Assembly: GCA_002189035.1 (NCBI GenBank)
Contig: NEEC01000412.1
Location: forward strand, 1-22,684
Source: Utricularia gibba
Lineage: Eukaryota > Plantae > Magnoliophyta
Direction of reading: 5' to 3'
Length of the DNA: 22,684 nucleotides
The translations under genes and the position numbers were made by a program. A model generated the notes under the pieces. It did not search any database. It was not told where the DNA came from and saw nothing but the letters and a program-made list of their open reading frames with translations. How positions within the stretch are numbered: the stretch's first letter is position 1; each line of letters starts with the position of its first letter. Positions 20,801 to 22,684 of this stretch are shown here, in pieces.

Positions 20801-22684
20801 GAAAACCCATACTTCACGTCACCCAATAAAACGCAGATGTTTTGCAAGGCGAAAATCACAATCGCGTCGATTCTCGTGTTCCGAGTCGCATCGTCGCGAA
20901 CGTGGTGGCCAATTTGTGGCACATCTGAAGGCTAATATAAGGCGATAATTCGAGCTCTGATGCATCCTCGGACGAAGATGCTTTCAACACGGAAGCTGAC
21001 CGGCACGGAAAGGGTTCGAAACGGTATGCCGGCGCAGCGTGACTCATCACGGTTTCAGGATATCGCCGAAATACCGAACGGTGTGCGAGGCCACCATGAG
21101 GCTGCGGGTAGGGACACACCCAGAGCTTGTTCAGAGATCGCCTCGAAAACCCATACTTCACGTCACCAATAAAACGCAGATGTTTTGCAAGCCGAAAATC
21201 ACAATCGCGTCGATTCTCGTGTTCCGAGTCGCATCGTCGCGAACGTGGTGGCCAATTTGTGGCACATCTGAAGGCTAATATAAGGCGATAATTCGAGCTC
21301 TGATGCATCCTCGGACGAAGATGCTTTCAACACGGAAGCTGACCGGCACGGAAAGGGGTTCGAAACGGTATGCCGGCGCAGCGTGACTCATCACGGTTTT
21401 CAGGATATGCCGAAATACCGAACGGTGTGCGAGGCCACCATGAGGCTGCGGGTAGGACACACCCAGAGCTTGTTCAGAGATCGCCTCGAAAACCCATACT
21501 TCACGTCATCCAATAAAACGCAGATGTTTTTGCAAGCCGAAAATCACAATCGCGTCGATTCTCGTGTTCCGAGTCGCATCGTCGCGAACGTGGTGGCCAA
21601 TTTGTGGCACATCTGAAGGCTAATATAAGGCGATAATTCGAGCTCTGATGCATCCTCGGACGAAGATGCTTTCAACACGGAAGAAGGGGTTCGAAACGGT
21701 ATGCCGGGCGCAGCGTGACTCATCATTTCAGATATCGCCGAAATACCGAACGGTGTGCGAGGCCACCATGAGGCTGCGGGTAGGGACACACCAGAGCTTG
21801 TTCAGAGATCGCATCGAAAACCCATACTTCACGTCATCCAATAAAACGCAGATCTTTTGCAAGCCGAAAATCACAATCGCGTCGATTCTCGTGTTCCGAC
21901 TCATCGTCGCGAACGTGGTGGCCAATTTGTGGCACATCTGAAGGCTAATATAAGGCGATAATTCGAGCTCTGATGCATCCTCGGACGAAGATGCTTTCAA
22001 CACGGAAGCTGACCGGCACGGAAAGGGGTTCGAAACGGTATGCCGGCGCAGCGTGACTCATCACGGTTTTCAGGATATCGCCGAAATACCGAACGGTGTG
22101 CGAGGCCACCATGAGGCTGCGGGTAGGGACACACCCAGAGCTTGTTCAGAGATCGCCTCGAAAACCCATACTTCACGTCATCCAATAAAACGCAGATGTT
22201 TTGCAAGGCGAAAATCACAATCGCGTCGATTCTCGTGTTCCGAGTCGCATCGTCGCGAACGTGGCCAATTTGTGGCACATCTGAAGGCTATATAAGGCGA
22301 TAATTCGAGCTCTGATGCATCCTCGGACGAAGATGCTTTCAACACGGAAGCTGACCGGCACGGAAAGGGGTTCGAAACGGTATGCCGGCGCAGCGTGACT
22401 CATCACGATTTCAAGATATCGCCGAAATACCGAACGGTGTGCGAGGCCACCATGAGGCTGCGGGTAGGGACACACCCAGAGCTTGTTCAGAGATCGCCTC
22501 GAAAACCCATACTTCACGTCATCCAATAAAACGCAGATGTTTTGCAAGCCGAAAATCACAATCGCGTCGATTCTCGTGTTCCGAACTCATCGTCGCGAAC
22601 GTGGTGGCCAATTTGTGGCACATCTGAAGGCTAATATAAGGCGATAATTCGAGCTCTGATGCATCCTCGACGAAGATGCTTTCA
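14814..22684. repeat. Sub-array B (units 44-66 + partial, mean ~340 bp)
   Basis: Diagnostic alleles first seen at T14814 (CTAATATAAGG), C14835 (GAGCTC, SacI), T14857 (GAAGATGCTTT, HindIII lost) and G14920 (GCAGCGTGACT). They persist to the window end. GCTGCGG(G)TAGG (unit 49 reads GAGCTGCGGGTAGG) is fixed here. Confidence 0.95.

Larger units (their letters stand above)
1..22684. repeat. Tandem satellite DNA array, ~345-bp monomer, 66 full copies + 37-bp partial, all in one orientation
   Basis: TTCGAGCT(T/C)TGATGCATC recurs at 1, 346, 691, 1037, 1383, 1728, 2075 ... 14485, 14827 ... 21962, 22304, 22648. Mean period is 22647/66 = ~343 bp and unit lengths run 325-348. No unique sequence lies between copies. 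Confidence 0.99.

Noticed and set aside
9-22627. ~250 ORFs of 60-251 aa (e.g. MMHPRTKKLST..., MPQIGHHVRDD..., 7846-8601 minus strand, 251 aa)
   Set aside because: All are translations of the same monomer on both strands. Their extent depends on random 1-bp indels, there is no frame conservation between copies, and I recognise no domain.
1-22684. CRISPR array
   Set aside because: There are no unique spacers. The entire ~345-bp unit repeats, and no cas genes are present.
1-22684. Rolling-circle concatemer of a single viroid-sized circle
   Set aside because: Linked multi-site haplotypes (C) and a fixed A-to-B switch mid-array are not expected from copying one template. There is no ribozyme or recognised viroid central conserved region.

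Overview
The whole 22,684-bp window is one head-to-tail tandem array of a ~345-bp monomer, i.e. satellite DNA. Phased on TTCGAGCT, it has 66 complete copies plus a 37-bp partial copy. The reference copy at 1728-2074 is 347 bp, ~52% GC and CpG-rich. There is no unique sequence, inversion, transposon insertion or credible protein gene. The ~250 ORFs are the same few frames of the monomer, repeated and broken at random by 1-bp indels. I could not assign the monomer to a named satellite family or organism from memory. The interesting content is the structure of the variation. (1) There is an abrupt switch at ~14.65-14.81 kb from sub-array A (43 copies, HindIII+) to sub-array B (23 copies, SacI+, HindIII-), with four diagnostic substitutions changing together. 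(2) A minority haplotype (C) is interspersed in A at 6-9-copy spacing, and rare markers recur 16 monomers (~5.5 kb) apart, suggesting a higher-order repeat or segmental duplication. (3) B looks like a C-type 5' part joined to an A-type 3' part. (4) B has its own hypervariable site and a weaker ~5/10-copy periodicity. Many private differences are homopolymer deletions or blends of two alleles, so some fine-scale variation is probably long-read or consensus error.
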